From the NCBI RefSeq assembly GCF_009914755.1, contig NC_060925.1: a stretch of DNA of 64,000 nucleotides; one strand, given 5' to 3'. Source of the stretch: the human T2T-CHM13v2.0 reference genome, Homo sapiens. The stretch's first letter is position 1. Every line of letters starts with the position of its first letter. A program made the position numbers and the translations under genes. Positions 16,500-28,770 of this stretch are shown one piece after another. The notes below the pieces were generated by a model, which saw only the letters and a list, made by a program, of their open reading frames with translations, did no database searches and had not been told where the DNA came from.

Positions 16500-18050
16500 C
16501 ACACAAATCTCTCTTCAGCCAGGACCTCCATTCTGAGCTTTCAGCTAACCCATGCAACTGCCTGGTTGACATCTCCCCATGGATGTTTCTCCAGCCCTGC
16601 AAACACAACTGAACTCATTATCTTCCTTCACAAACCTGGTTCTCTTGCTCCCCTCCTCAATGAGAGATACCACTAGAAGAGGGTCATCCTTGACCTTCTT
16701 TTCCCTAAACTCTGACTGACATTCAACCCATTAAGAGAAAAGACCCTTACTCATTTCCAGCTTGCACTCCTCCCTTCTGCCTTCTCAACCATCTCCATTT
16801 CCATCTGGGGAAAAAAAAAAAGCTGACCCCATAGCTCTAGAAAAGCTGACCCCACAGCTCTAGAAGGAGAGCTCATGACTTGAGCTAAGTCAATCAGAGA
16901 ATTCCATCTTTCTAGCTTCAATAATTTGCTCAGAAATGTGCATGAGATTTAAATTGGTCCAATTAGAGTGAGACTTGAGACTTTTGCTGAGAATGCTGGA
17001 ACAAAGATGCTTTCTTTCAAATAGGGTGAAAAGAAAGAAGCATGTAGCCTTGGAGCCACTGGCAGCTACCTTGGGAGCATGGGGCATGGGGGAAGTCCCT
17101 TTAAGATAAAACACATATGGCAAAAGGTAAAATAGAGAGCCAAACAGAAAGCAGTCCCCTCGAGAGTTTACTGAGCTTTGCCTGAATCCAGCCTCATCTC
17201 TACATATTGCAGTTATATAAGCCAGTAAGTCAGTACTTTTAAATCAGTTTCTACTACTTACAATTGAAAGCATTCCAAATGACTCCATCCATAGGTCTAC
17301 CTACTAAATATTTCTAGAATGTGTTCACTTCCATCTCCTCCACCACCACCCTGGTCCAAACTACCATTATTTTCTACCTGAACTATTGCAATAGACTCAT
17401 AATTAGTCCTCTTGCTTCCTCAGGTGTACCCCTTCCCACTCCATTCTATTCAAGTAGTCAGCATAATCTTTAAAAATATTTAAATATGATTAAATTGCTT
17501 CCCAGCTTAAAGTCCTCTAATGACTTCTTGCTGGGATTAGGATAAAGTCCAAACTCTAACAAAGCCTTCCAGGCCCAATATGACTTGGTCCTTTTCCTTC
17601 TCCTTCATCCTCTCCCTCATCGTATCCAGGATGTGAGGATGTGTGAGTCCCTCTTGGTCTTGAAACTCCACATACAATTACCTTTTCGCAGTTCTTTTGG
17701 TGAAGACACACCATGTTCTTTTGTGCCTTAGGTCTTTTGTACATGCTGTCCATTCACCTAGGCCACCCTCTCCCCCAGCCTATGACCACATCTTTCCAAG
17801 ACCCTTTTGCCTACCTCACCCCTTGGATCTCGGTGGTGTTCTGCACAGAAGCCTCCAACAATAGGTCCCCTTGTCACATGCTCCTACTCCCCTCTGTGTC
17901 TCCCTCTCACAACAGCATCACACTTCGAATTACTTATTTAACCATCTGCTTCCTCCACATCTGTCTCCTTCAATGGTATATCATCACCACCTAGCCCAGC
18001 ACAGGTCTGAAACATAGCAGGCACCCAATTAATGGTTAACGTAATTGAGA
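16500..18050 (+). mobile_element. L2 remnant interrupted by an MLT1-like LTR (~16840-17280)
   Basis: L2 motifs GACATCTCC...GGATGT, CACCACCCTGGTCCAAACTACCAT and CCTAGCCCAGCACAGG...CATAGCAGGCAC. MLT1K/L-like CCAATCAGAGAATTCC to CAATTGAAAGCATTCC. Confidence 0.6.
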
Positions 18051-18064
18051 TAAGCATAAATTCT

Positions 18065-18230
18065 GTCTAAGTGACTTTTTAACTTGTTAACCCTGGGCAA
18101 GCTGCTTAACCTCCTTGAGCTTCTGTGTCTTCATCTTTAAAAAATGCAAAGGATAATACCCACCTCACAGGGCTATTTGATGATTAAATTAAATATAATT
18201 GGGGCACATAGTAAATGGTGAACAAATCTC
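18065..18230 (+). mobile_element. MIR
   Basis: CCTGGGCAAGCTGCTTAACCTCCTTGAGCTTCTG core. Confidence 0.75.
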
Positions 18231-18275
18231 TAGTGTCTTAGTTAGCAGTCTCCAGAGAAACAGAGCCAAAAGGAA

Positions 18276-18457
18276 ACACACACACACACACACACCACAC
18301 ATACACCACACACACATACACACATATATATAGGCACTAGAGCATGTACATATATATATGTTTTATATATATATATATATTATATATATATATATATATT
18401 ATATATATATATTATATATATATATATTATATATATATATACAGAGAGAGAGAGAGA
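18276..18457. repeat. Compound (CA)n-(TA)n-(GA)n microsatellite
   Basis: Seen directly; about 80 bp of near-pure A/T at 18362-18441. Confidence 0.95.
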
Positions 18458-18852
18458 TTGTGGGAGTCAGCTCATGTGATTATGGAGGCTGAGAAGTCTC
18501 CATGATCCACTCTCTGAAAGCTGGAGAAAAAGAAAAGCTGGGGGTGTAATTATTCAGTCATTCCATCTGAAGCCTGAAGTCCAAGTCCAAAGGCCCAAGA
18601 ACCAGGGGAGCCTATGGTGAAGGCCTGCTCTGAGTCTGAAAGCCAAAAAGCCAGGAGCACCAATATCTGAGAACGGGAGAAGACGGCTGGATGTTCCAGC
18701 TCAGCGAGATGGAATTTGTCCCTCCTCTGCCTTTTTGCTCTACTTGGGCCCTCAGCAGATTGGCTGATGCCCACCCACACTGGTGAAGCTGACCTTCTTA
18801 ACTCAGTCTACTAATTCAAATGCTATGCTTTTCTAGAAACACCCTTACAGAC

Positions 18853-19214
18853 TGATATGGTTTGGCTGTGTCCCCACCCAAATCTCATCTTGAATTGGAG
18901 CTCCCATAATTCCCGCATGTTGTGGGAGGGACCCAGTGGGAGATAATTGAATCATGGGGGTGGTTTCCCCCATACTGTTCTCATGGTAATGAATAAGTCT
19001 CATAAGATCTGATGGTTTTATAAGTGGAAACCCCTTTCACTTGGTTTTCATTCTTTCTTGTCTGCCACCCTGTAAGATGTGACTTTCACCTTCTGCCATG
19101 ATTGTGAGGCTTCCCCAGCCATGTGGAACTGTGAGTTCATTAAACCTCTTTTTCTTTAGTAATTACCCAGTCTTGGGTATGCCTTTATCAGCAGCATGAA
19201 AACGGATTAATATA
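18853..19214 (+). mobile_element. THE1 (THE1C-like) solo LTR
   Basis: Starts TGATATGGTTTGGCTGTGTCCCCACCCAAATCTCATC; TSD CAGAC/CAGAT. Confidence 0.93.
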
Positions 19215-19511
19215 CAGATACATGCAGAAATAACATTTTACTAGCTGTCTGGGTATCTCTTAGCCCAGCCTAGTTGACACATAAAAGTAACCATCACATC
19301 TAGGGAGTAGGGTATCCCAAGTCAGGGATCTCTCCAGGTCTCAGGTGGTGAAAAAGAACCGTAAGAATCAACTGCTTTATAAAAGAATCTAAACTGAGGC
19401 TGGAGTGAAAGAGTGAGTTTCCACGGTGAAAGATTCCTTGAAAAGGCCCCCCAAACAACTATGCCATTCGAAGGAACTGAAATAATTTGTAAGCAAAACA
19501 CCAGGTGAATA

Positions 19512-19839
19512 TAGTCAGCCCTTTATATCCAAGGGTTCCACGTCCTCAGGTTCAACCGACTGCAGATGGAAAATATTTGAGAAGAAAAAATAAAAAGTAA
19601 TAATACAACAATAAAATATAATACAAATTAAAATATAGTGTAACAACTATTTATATGGCATTTACATTGTATTAGGTATTATAAGTAATCTAGAGATGAT
19701 TTAAAGTATATATGGGAGGATGTGTGTAGGTGATGTACAAATACTATGCTATTTTGTATGAGGAACTTGAGCATCCATGGATTTTGGTGTCCAAGGGCAG
19801 TGCTCTAAATAATCCCCTGTAGATACCGAGGGATGACTG
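19512..19839. mobile_element. Tigger3a (MER7A)-like DNA transposon
   Basis: TIRs TAGTCAGCCCTTTATATC...GATACCGAGGGATGACTG with TA flanks. Internal GGTATTATAAGTAATCTAGAGATGATTTAAAGTATA. Confidence 0.88.
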
Positions 19840-20328
19840 TATGCACATCATGATTCCATACATACATCTATACATCTGGAAGGAGAAAGCTTGGGTTTTA
19901 GTTTGTTGTTTTAATATTTATCAATATTATTTTTGATAAATTTATCAATATTATTCTTGAATATGAATAAAACAAGTTGTCATTTTAAGAACAAGAAAAT
20001 AATTAATAGTGCCAAATTAATACTTTGTACTTTAGGAGAAACTAATTGGTAAACCGTCATGCTTACTCTTGTAAATAAATGGCAAGAATGATTAGCTCCT
20101 GGTCTCTGTAACAGCACCTCAAAATGTGAAGACTGAACTTCTGTCCTGGGGTACTTTACCAAATTTTAAAGTCATAACAAATATGCCATTTATCCTCCCC
20201 ATGCATTCAATTATATCTCACCTCAAATTGAGCACTGCATTAAGAAACTTATCTGCAGTCTCTAGTTTTATTCAATTCTCAAACTCTAAAGTAGGTGTCA
20301 TCATTTACATTATACGGATGAAAAAGCT

Positions 20329-20634
<306 letters not shown>

Positions 20635-20719
20635 TTAGTTCTGTCTGACTCCAATACACAACCTCTTTCTTCATAGCATTTCTGATTTGTGATTAGGTTT
20701 ACTGCATGCTTGTTTGTTT

Positions 20720-20865
20720 AACATCCTGACCAAATTGTAACTTCCTTAAGGGTAGGCGCCTTGTTTGTTTTGTCTACCCTTTTGCAAGAGCCCAGAATGG
20801 TGCCTGCTATATATTTGTTATTTGTTGTTCAATATTTATTTATTGAATACATAAGTGAATGGATG
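20720..20865 (+). mobile_element. L2 3' end
   Basis: CCAGAATGGTGCCTG...TCAATATTTATTTATTGAATA..GTGAATGGATG. Confidence 0.6.
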
Positions 20866-22943
20866 CTTTGATTTAACAGAGTAATTAGATGAAAATTCGG
20901 TATTTGAAATAAAACAATACACAAGTTAAACTAAACATCCAGGAAGGCTTGGTTTCTCTGTAGCCCACTGGTATTTAAATACCTGAGAACCGATTGGGGA
21001 TATGCCGACAGCCCATTAAAGAACCGGTGCTCAATGTTTAAAGACCTGCTTTCCCTCAAGTCCTGAATGGCTGTTTGGTTTCTGCAGAGCATCCTCTGTT
21101 GAGCTGCAAGGCCCTCATTTGTATTAGAAGTGAGAGCTGGTTCGAAAGTCAACTTAGATGGGACAAATATGTTCTTTTGACTTAATGATATAACATTTTA
21201 TCAGCCACATAAAAAATGAAATATATGTGTTCATTTGCTATTTGAGGAGCTTTTTCGGCGTGTATGCAGGAGCTATGTCAGCTGCTAACTGGTGATCCTT
21301 TTTTGACACCTTTTCCCAAGAGTATTGCATAGATAAACATACTCTAGTTGAACAAGACCAGTGACAGCAAAATTGCTTGCTTGTCTCTAAAAAGACTCTA
21401 ATAATGTGCACCAAGGGAGAGGCCCATGATCTGACAGAATTTTTTTTTCCCCAGTGTAAACCATAAAATCCATTTCAGTAGCCAGAATAAAGCAGTTTAA
21501 AGTGCATCCCTAGTTAATTACATCCAAAGAGTAATAATAAAATCAACTGTTAAATTTTAGAACTTCCTCTTTAAAGTATTAAATATCTGGGAACTGCAAT
21601 GCAGTTAAATTTCTCTCAGAACAATGCTTTCCGTTGCTTAGGCTGGCCCCTAAGAATACTTATGCAAACTCTTTCGGTGTGCTAGAGAGTGTGTTTTTCC
21701 TGTGAAGAAGTATTTCAAATAAACCCTTGTTTCTGCCAGATGTCTGTGGCTTATTAAATAACCAATAGAGGAATAGGTTCATTCACTTAATAAGAGGATA
21801 TCACTGAGTCACAAATCTTCTATAATAATTGACAGTACATGACCAAAAATAATTGTGAAACCAAAACTAAAATGTTGTTTGTGTCCTAATACCGTATTTG
21901 AAGCCTTGACTCAGTTGCCTCAGCAGGTTTCAATCCAGACATTGTCTGGCCTTTAAAATTTGGCCCTTGATAATGTCAACCCACATCAATGGGAAGGGCA
22001 TTTGTGACTCACTGAAGCACAAGTCTGTGCTAGACCAGGATGAAAGAACTGGGTTCTGCAGAAATCATCCAGGAAGCAGTGACTTTGGCTCTCGGCACAT
22101 GGTTTGATTAGGTAACTAGGAATCTGCTCCCTTTGGTAACTTCACTCCCAGATATAAGAAGGATTAAGCTTCCGGGAGAGAAGAATTCAGAATGTGATCT
22201 TCCAACGCTGAAGGCAGTGGCTGCTGACATTTATCTACCCTAGTGCAATTTATTTTGCCTCAACTTCCCACTTGAAAAGCTGATTCTCTGTCTCTGTGAA
22301 TAAAGTGGAGAGTGAGGACTCCTTCCTAAAGAGGCACTAGAGCATGTAGGTCACATGGAAGCCAGCTTACTGGCTTCTCAGGGATCCTAGAGGAGAATGG
22401 AAAACTTATCGCCCTCTTCAAAGACAGAGATTCCATTCTGGGAGCACTTTGCTGGGCAACTTTAGAAAATAGTTGGGTCTACAAACTCACTAGATTGCGG
22501 AGCAGATAATAGGCTGAACTTAGATCACAAGGCAGTCTACCCGGAAACATCTCTGGCAAATAGCCAACAGAAACCTACAAGACAAGGGGAAGCAGAAATG
22601 ATGTCATGGGCAGGATCCTTGCAGTCATCGTGCATCCTTCCAGTGGGCCTCATTTGCCTGCCTCTGAAAAACCAGATGCAAATAAATATCAGAGCATGTT
22701 CATGACAGCAAAAGAGGCTGCCTCCTGCCCCAAAGCCCCTGGGGAGGGAGAATGCAGGTACCCGCTGCATCTTCTCAGGCACTGGACACGAGGCTTAGGG
22801 TGTTCCCAGGGGCAGACCAGAAGTGGATGGCCCTTTATAGGGTTTCACTCTGGGGCCAGATGCTTAACTAAACAATCTAAAAAAAAGATTCATAGTTGTA
22901 ATTATGTTCTTTCTTTACAAAGAAAGTAACTGAGCTAATGCTA

Positions 22944-23372
<429 letters not shown>

Positions 23373-24473
23373 CTAGGGACATTATCATCTAGTCATGTTC
23401 ACAAATAAATGCCATTCATTTGTGCCAGCTGCTATAACAGCACAGATAGATACAAGGAAGGCACATAGGGGAGATTGGTACCTTGATGAAGGAGCTCATG
23501 GAAAGCTTCATTGAGGAGGAGTCATTTAAATTGACTCTGAAAGGATCAATCTAGATATTTACCAGGAGGACACAGGATGAAGTAGGTAGTGTCCTAGGAA
23601 GAAATAACTCAGGCAAGGTACAGTTTAAAACATCTCAGGTGTTTATGGATCTAGAAGTTCAATATGGCTGTAGTGAGTCTAGAGGGGGTGTGCCAATATG
23701 TACCTGCACACACGGGGTTTTGAGTGGGCTGCCAGATTGGGAAGGGGAAACTCTGTAGGAGTTGGACCTCGTATAGTCCAACATGAAGGAGCATACATGA
23801 AAGACCTTGTATTCCAAGCTAAGTGATTTGAATTCAATCCTGTAAGTAACAAAGAGTCACGAAGGACTCTATATAGACCAAACCTGGGCTTTAGTAAAGA
23901 TCACTAGGATGCCAGCATGCTGACGAATGGGTTGCAGGGGGCCCAACTTGGCAGCAGAGGCCAGTTGGGAGGCCATTCATTGATCCATGTATTTTTGAGC
24001 ACTGATGATGTACTAGGCACCTTGCAGAGGCACCTTGAGACAGCAGGTGAGTGATTAGGATGGTGATAAGGATTAAGGTGAGAGATGTAGGAACATCCAC
24101 AGAACCTCTTACAGTAGAATGTGAGGAGTGTAGCGGGCTTGGGAGATTTCTGTCCTCATCCTCATCATGTAACAATGCTTGCTCTCAGGAAAAGTCTAAC
24201 AAACCCTAAGGGTTAGTAGGTTATTCCTCCCAGAAACATCTGTCTTGAAGCAGTAATTAGAAGCCTTGAGTCATTGAAAGGAAGTCCTGATGGCAAATTT
24301 CCAGGATCTGGGTAGGAAGGTACTCTTTAATTAGGATCTCCTCCATGTGAAAGGGCATCTGCTCCACCTCTTAGGCCAACGCTGGATTCAAGGCAGAGCA
24401 GTGAATAACTAGTGTATTTTAGTGCCCTTACACCATGAGCCCAGTCTCCCAGGTCCCAGAAGTCCTTTCTCGT

Positions 24474-24475
<2 letters not shown>

Positions 24476-24525
<50 letters not shown>
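24476..24525. repeat. (AC)25 microsatellite
   Basis: Pure AC run of 50 bp. Confidence 0.98.
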
Positions 24526-24527
<2 letters not shown>

Positions 24528-25901
24528 AGTAGTCATGCAGGATCCTTATCCCAAGAAATATCCTTCCATCACAGAATTAAATATTTCTGCCCAGGAAGGA
24601 CAACATGCTTTACAAAGGCAATTCCAGAAATCTTTCAGTTGTCTCATTATAAAGGCAGATCCATGTCAGGTGCTTCCTAAGAAGGCAAACTGTTCTTCTT
24701 GGAGTGAAAATGATCTCAGGATTTGAAGATTCAGGTGTGAACTGACTCACCTTCCTTCTTCTCCACCTCAAAATCTCTCACTGTCATATCTTTCCTACCA
24801 GTCTCTTAGCCCCTCCTGAGTCTAAGTCCTTTTTTCACTTGTTCTCTAGATAGTGGCATCTTCTCCTTCAGGAACTGCTTTTTAAAAACATTTCTCTCAT
24901 TTCATTTTTTTTCTTTTATTTACTGTTATTCTTTTTATTTTCCCTGTTTTTTTAAATTTTCTCTCTTGCTTTTATCTTCCTCTTCTCCCTCTCCACTGAG
25001 TCCTTCCATTCCATCTACAACCTTGTTTGTCACCCCTACCCTCCTTTCAAACCTGTCATCCCTCAAGTTCCTATCAAGTCATTCTCCTGCCATTCAACGG
25101 AGTTCTGTTCCTCACCTCCCATATCCTCGTATATTCTCCCCATGAGATATCGCTCCCACTCAGCTACCATGTACCCCACCCCCAGCTCTCCTGAAACCAC
25201 TTCCTTAAAGGTTGTTGATGACTTTACTATTGACAGATTTAACTACAGTACTAGTGGTCTCTAGTAGGTGAAAATAGCATGGATTTTAAGACACCTGGGA
25301 TTTGCCATGTCACCAAATAAGTGATATTTGTAAAGCATGTAATGGCTCTGTGCCTGTTTTGTCTTCTACAAAATGGGCATAATAATGATCTTGACCCTCT
25401 CTATCCCACTGAATTGAAATGAGATGTATGTAAGTAAATTTCATAAACTATAAATTGCACTTAAATTATTAGTCATTATTATTGTCATGCTCACCCTTTC
25501 TAGCAATCAGCTTTGCTGACCACTCACTCCTTCTTGCAGTTCTCAGTCTGAGTTCCCACAGTACAATCCTGTCCTTTTTAATTTCTCTGCATTCTGGTCC
25601 TATCCCACAACTTCAGCTGTCCCTTCCATACAGATCTCCAATTCCAGCCTAACACTTCTCTAGGGGTCTTGACTCCAACCTTGACATGTACCAACCCAAA
25701 AGGATGAAAACTGAACCCATTTTTTTATTTCTCAAGACTGAGAAGGCAAAAAAAAAAAAAGACTGAGAAGGCTTCTTCGTTTTTCCATTCTCTTGAAGCT
25801 ACCATGATGCTCCTGCTTAAATATCTTCCAAGATTGGAGACCAAATATTTAATGTTCTCTGAATTTCCATTATGTTTAAGCAGTGAAAGAGCCTACACCA
25901 G

Positions 25902-26362
25902 TGTATCAGTTATCTATTGCTGCATATCAAATGACCCAAAAACTTAAGGTTTAATTAAATAACTATCTATTTAGTTCACTCCTATATGTCCTTCTTCTGC
26001 TGCTCTCATCTGGACTCACAGGTGCTTCTGTGATCCGCTGCTGGTCAGCTAGGTAGCTCTACTTTTGGGGTTGGCTAACTGTTGGCTGGACAAAGGGAGA
26101 TACTAGGCCACATGTCTGTCATAATTCAGCAGGCTAGCTCAGGGTATCATTCACAGGGTAGCTCAGGGTTTCAGGAGCAGCCAGAGAGCAAGTACTGATA
26201 GTCAAGTGTTCTTTAAGTCTCTGCCTGTGATGTATTTGCTTCTGTCTCATTGGCTAAAGCAAATTACAAGGTCAAACTCAGAGTCAGTGTTGGAAGGGTA
26301 CTATCAAAGGGCATAGATAAAAGAAAGGGAACATATATTGTGGACATTTTTGCAACAACTAC
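25902..26362 (-). mobile_element. MLT1 (MaLR) LTR
   Basis: Terminus TGTATCAGTTATCTATTGCTGCATA and motif CATTGGCTAAAGCAAATTACAAGG. Confidence 0.85.
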
Positions 26363-26484
26363 AATTAGTCAACTTAGACATCTAATCTACATGAGTTTCT
26401 AATCCACATGATTTTTATGGCATAGAGTCTCCATGGAAAACCGCCTGCCCTGAGCATTCACTAAGAAGCTGCATTAAAGGTCTC

Positions 26485-27217
26485 TGTATTATTCAGGGTT
26501 CTCCAGAGAAATAGAACAAATAGGATACACATACACATACACGTACATGTATGTGTATATACACATACACATACACGTACATGTATGTGTATATACACAT
26601 ACGCATATACACGTACGTGTATGTGTATATATACATACACATACGCATATACACGTATATGTGTATATATACATACACATACACGCATATACACGTATGT
26701 GTGTATACACATACATATACACGTATGTGTATACACACATACATGTATGTGTATATACACATACATATACACGTATATACATACACATGTGTGTATGTAT
26801 ATACGTGTATACACACACACACACATATATATGAAAGAATTCGCTCACACAATTATGGAGGCTAACTTCCACAATCTGCTGTCTGCAAGCTGGAGACCCA
26901 GGAAAGCTGGTGGTGTAGTTCTGAGAATCAGAGCTCTGATGGTGTAAGTCACAGTCAACAGCAGGAGAAGGCTAATAGCTCAGCTCAAGTAGTCAGGCAG
27001 AGAGAGTGAATTCCCTCTTCCTTGGCCTTTTTGTTCTATTCAAGTCGTCAGTGGCTTGACTAATGCCCATCTACACTGGAAAGGGCAATCTGCTTTACTC
27101 TGTCCACCAATTCAAATGCTAATCTCATCCAGAAACACCCTCAAAGACACCCAGAAATAATGTTTAATCTGGGTACCCCATGTTCCAGTCAAATTGACAC
27201 ATAAAATTAACATCACA
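26485..27217 (-). mobile_element. MLT2 (ERVL) solo LTR with a 309-bp internal purine/pyrimidine microsatellite
   Basis: Termini TGTATTATTCAGGGTTCTCCAGAGAAA...AACATCACA with a perfect TSD GTCTC (26480-26484 and 27218-27222). Confidence 0.92.
26525..26833. repeat. Mixed (CA/TA/TG/CG)n alternating purine-pyrimidine tract with a 34-bp higher-order unit
   Basis: Checked block by block: strict RY alternation for 309 bp. Confidence 0.97.
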
Positions 27218-28489
27218 GTCTCTAATGAATGTTAATCAGCCCTCACTTGCCCAGCTCTTTCTGAAATGTTTGCTGGAGAAGTAGTATGATTGCTTGCTAG
27301 ACATTCTGATTGTCATGAAATACTAATGGTCACTTCCTGGCATCCCCTCATTGCATGTTATAAAAGAAAGATACCACACAAGCCAGACACAAAGCCTCAG
27401 GGACATACAGCTGGTCTCTCAAGGTTATCTTATCTCTAAACACAAAGGCTCAACCCAGCACTCAACCCAGCCCAAAGTCAGCAAAAAGCCCCAGGGTTAC
27501 TACAACATCATGTAGATCTCACTTCCCAAGGACCCGGCCAGGCCACAGCTCACAAATAAATTACACAGGTGTTTTGTTCTGTCCCTTGGAGGGCCACACC
27601 CTGTGAAAGTTGGAGTTTGAGGGAAGAAGATGGTGAGCAAGGCCAAACACACAAGGAGAATTTGGTTCCTGGCCTCAGACATCTCATCAGTGTTGGAAAG
27701 ACAAGGGAAGCAGGATCACTGACCCAATCACTGCTGGAGCCACGGCTAATAGGTATGATGCCATTGAGAGCTGCTGTGGGAATGTGGGAATAAGAATGCT
27801 CTTGGTAGGCCAGAGTTGCCAAGGAAGGCATCAGGGAAAAGGCAGGATTTGAAATTAGTCTTGAAAGAAGAAAGAGGTTTCCAGGCTTGGACAAGAGCAT
27901 AAAAGAAAGATGAGTGTGGTGAAGAATAGTAAAGTCTACCTTGGCAGGGAGGGCAGCAGGAGATCAAGCTGTATAAATAATATGGAACCAGATATGGCTG
28001 CTTGCGTGATAGGATCTTAATTTAACAAGAAATCAAACTGCTTATGATCTTGATGAGTAAGAGAATGAGGAAAGTGTCCTACGAAGATTAATTTGGTGAC
28101 AATGAATTACAGGAAAAAGAAATGAAAGCAGGGGTACTAGTTAGGACACTATTAGAGCAATCTAGGAGTAGTCCAGGTAAGTTAGAACAGAGACCAGAGA
28201 GAGCAAGGGGCATATCTCAGAGACACTTTAGAAGACTCAAATGTCCACTTTATATTAAGCTATATCCCACAGTTCAATTCTGTTCTCTTGAGGACTGGGA
28301 ACAACTTGCCAAGAGGGATAACTATTTCAATGTAGAGAACCAAGGCAGATAAATTCACATTCTTCAACTAAAAAATTGGGGGATTTGTTTTTTTCTGATG
28401 GACTAATTGGGAGAACATTTTTAATTTGTCCCTTTCTACACATTTAAATGCAGCTCACAGATTATCATGAGGTTGAGATGAAAATGTAA

Positions 28490-28770
28490 TGTTTTTAACA
28501 CCTAATCTTGTAGTCAGTTGAGATATGGTACTGGGTTATGTGTTCAATCCCAGCCTAACAGGTAATAATAACCAATATATAGTTACCTCACTCAATATTC
28601 ATGACAACCCCGTAAAGTTAATATTAGTATTATGTGAATCAATATTATTTCTATTTTATTTACAGAGGTTAAGCTACTTTCTAAGATCACTCATTTAGTA
28701 AGAAATAGAACAGGAATTTGAATTCAGGTCTTTTGATTTCAAAGCCCATGCTCTTTTCGCCACATCATTG
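28490..28770 (-). mobile_element. MIR
   Basis: TTTACAGAGGTTAAG...AGGAATTTGAATTCAGGTC...AAAGCCCATGCTCTT. Confidence 0.7.

Larger units (their letters stand above)
18234..19298 (-). mobile_element. MLT2 (ERVL) solo LTR containing a (CA)n/(TA)n/(GA)n tract and a nested THE1 LTR
   Basis: Termini TGTCTTAGTTAGCAGTCTCCAGAGAAACAG...AACCATCACA with a perfect 5-bp TSD TCTAG (18229-18233 and 19299-19303). Confidence 0.9.

Noticed and set aside
26461-26947. Six overlapping ORFs rich in Y/V/C/H/T/I
   Set aside because: These are translations of the RY microsatellite, which cannot contain stop codons.
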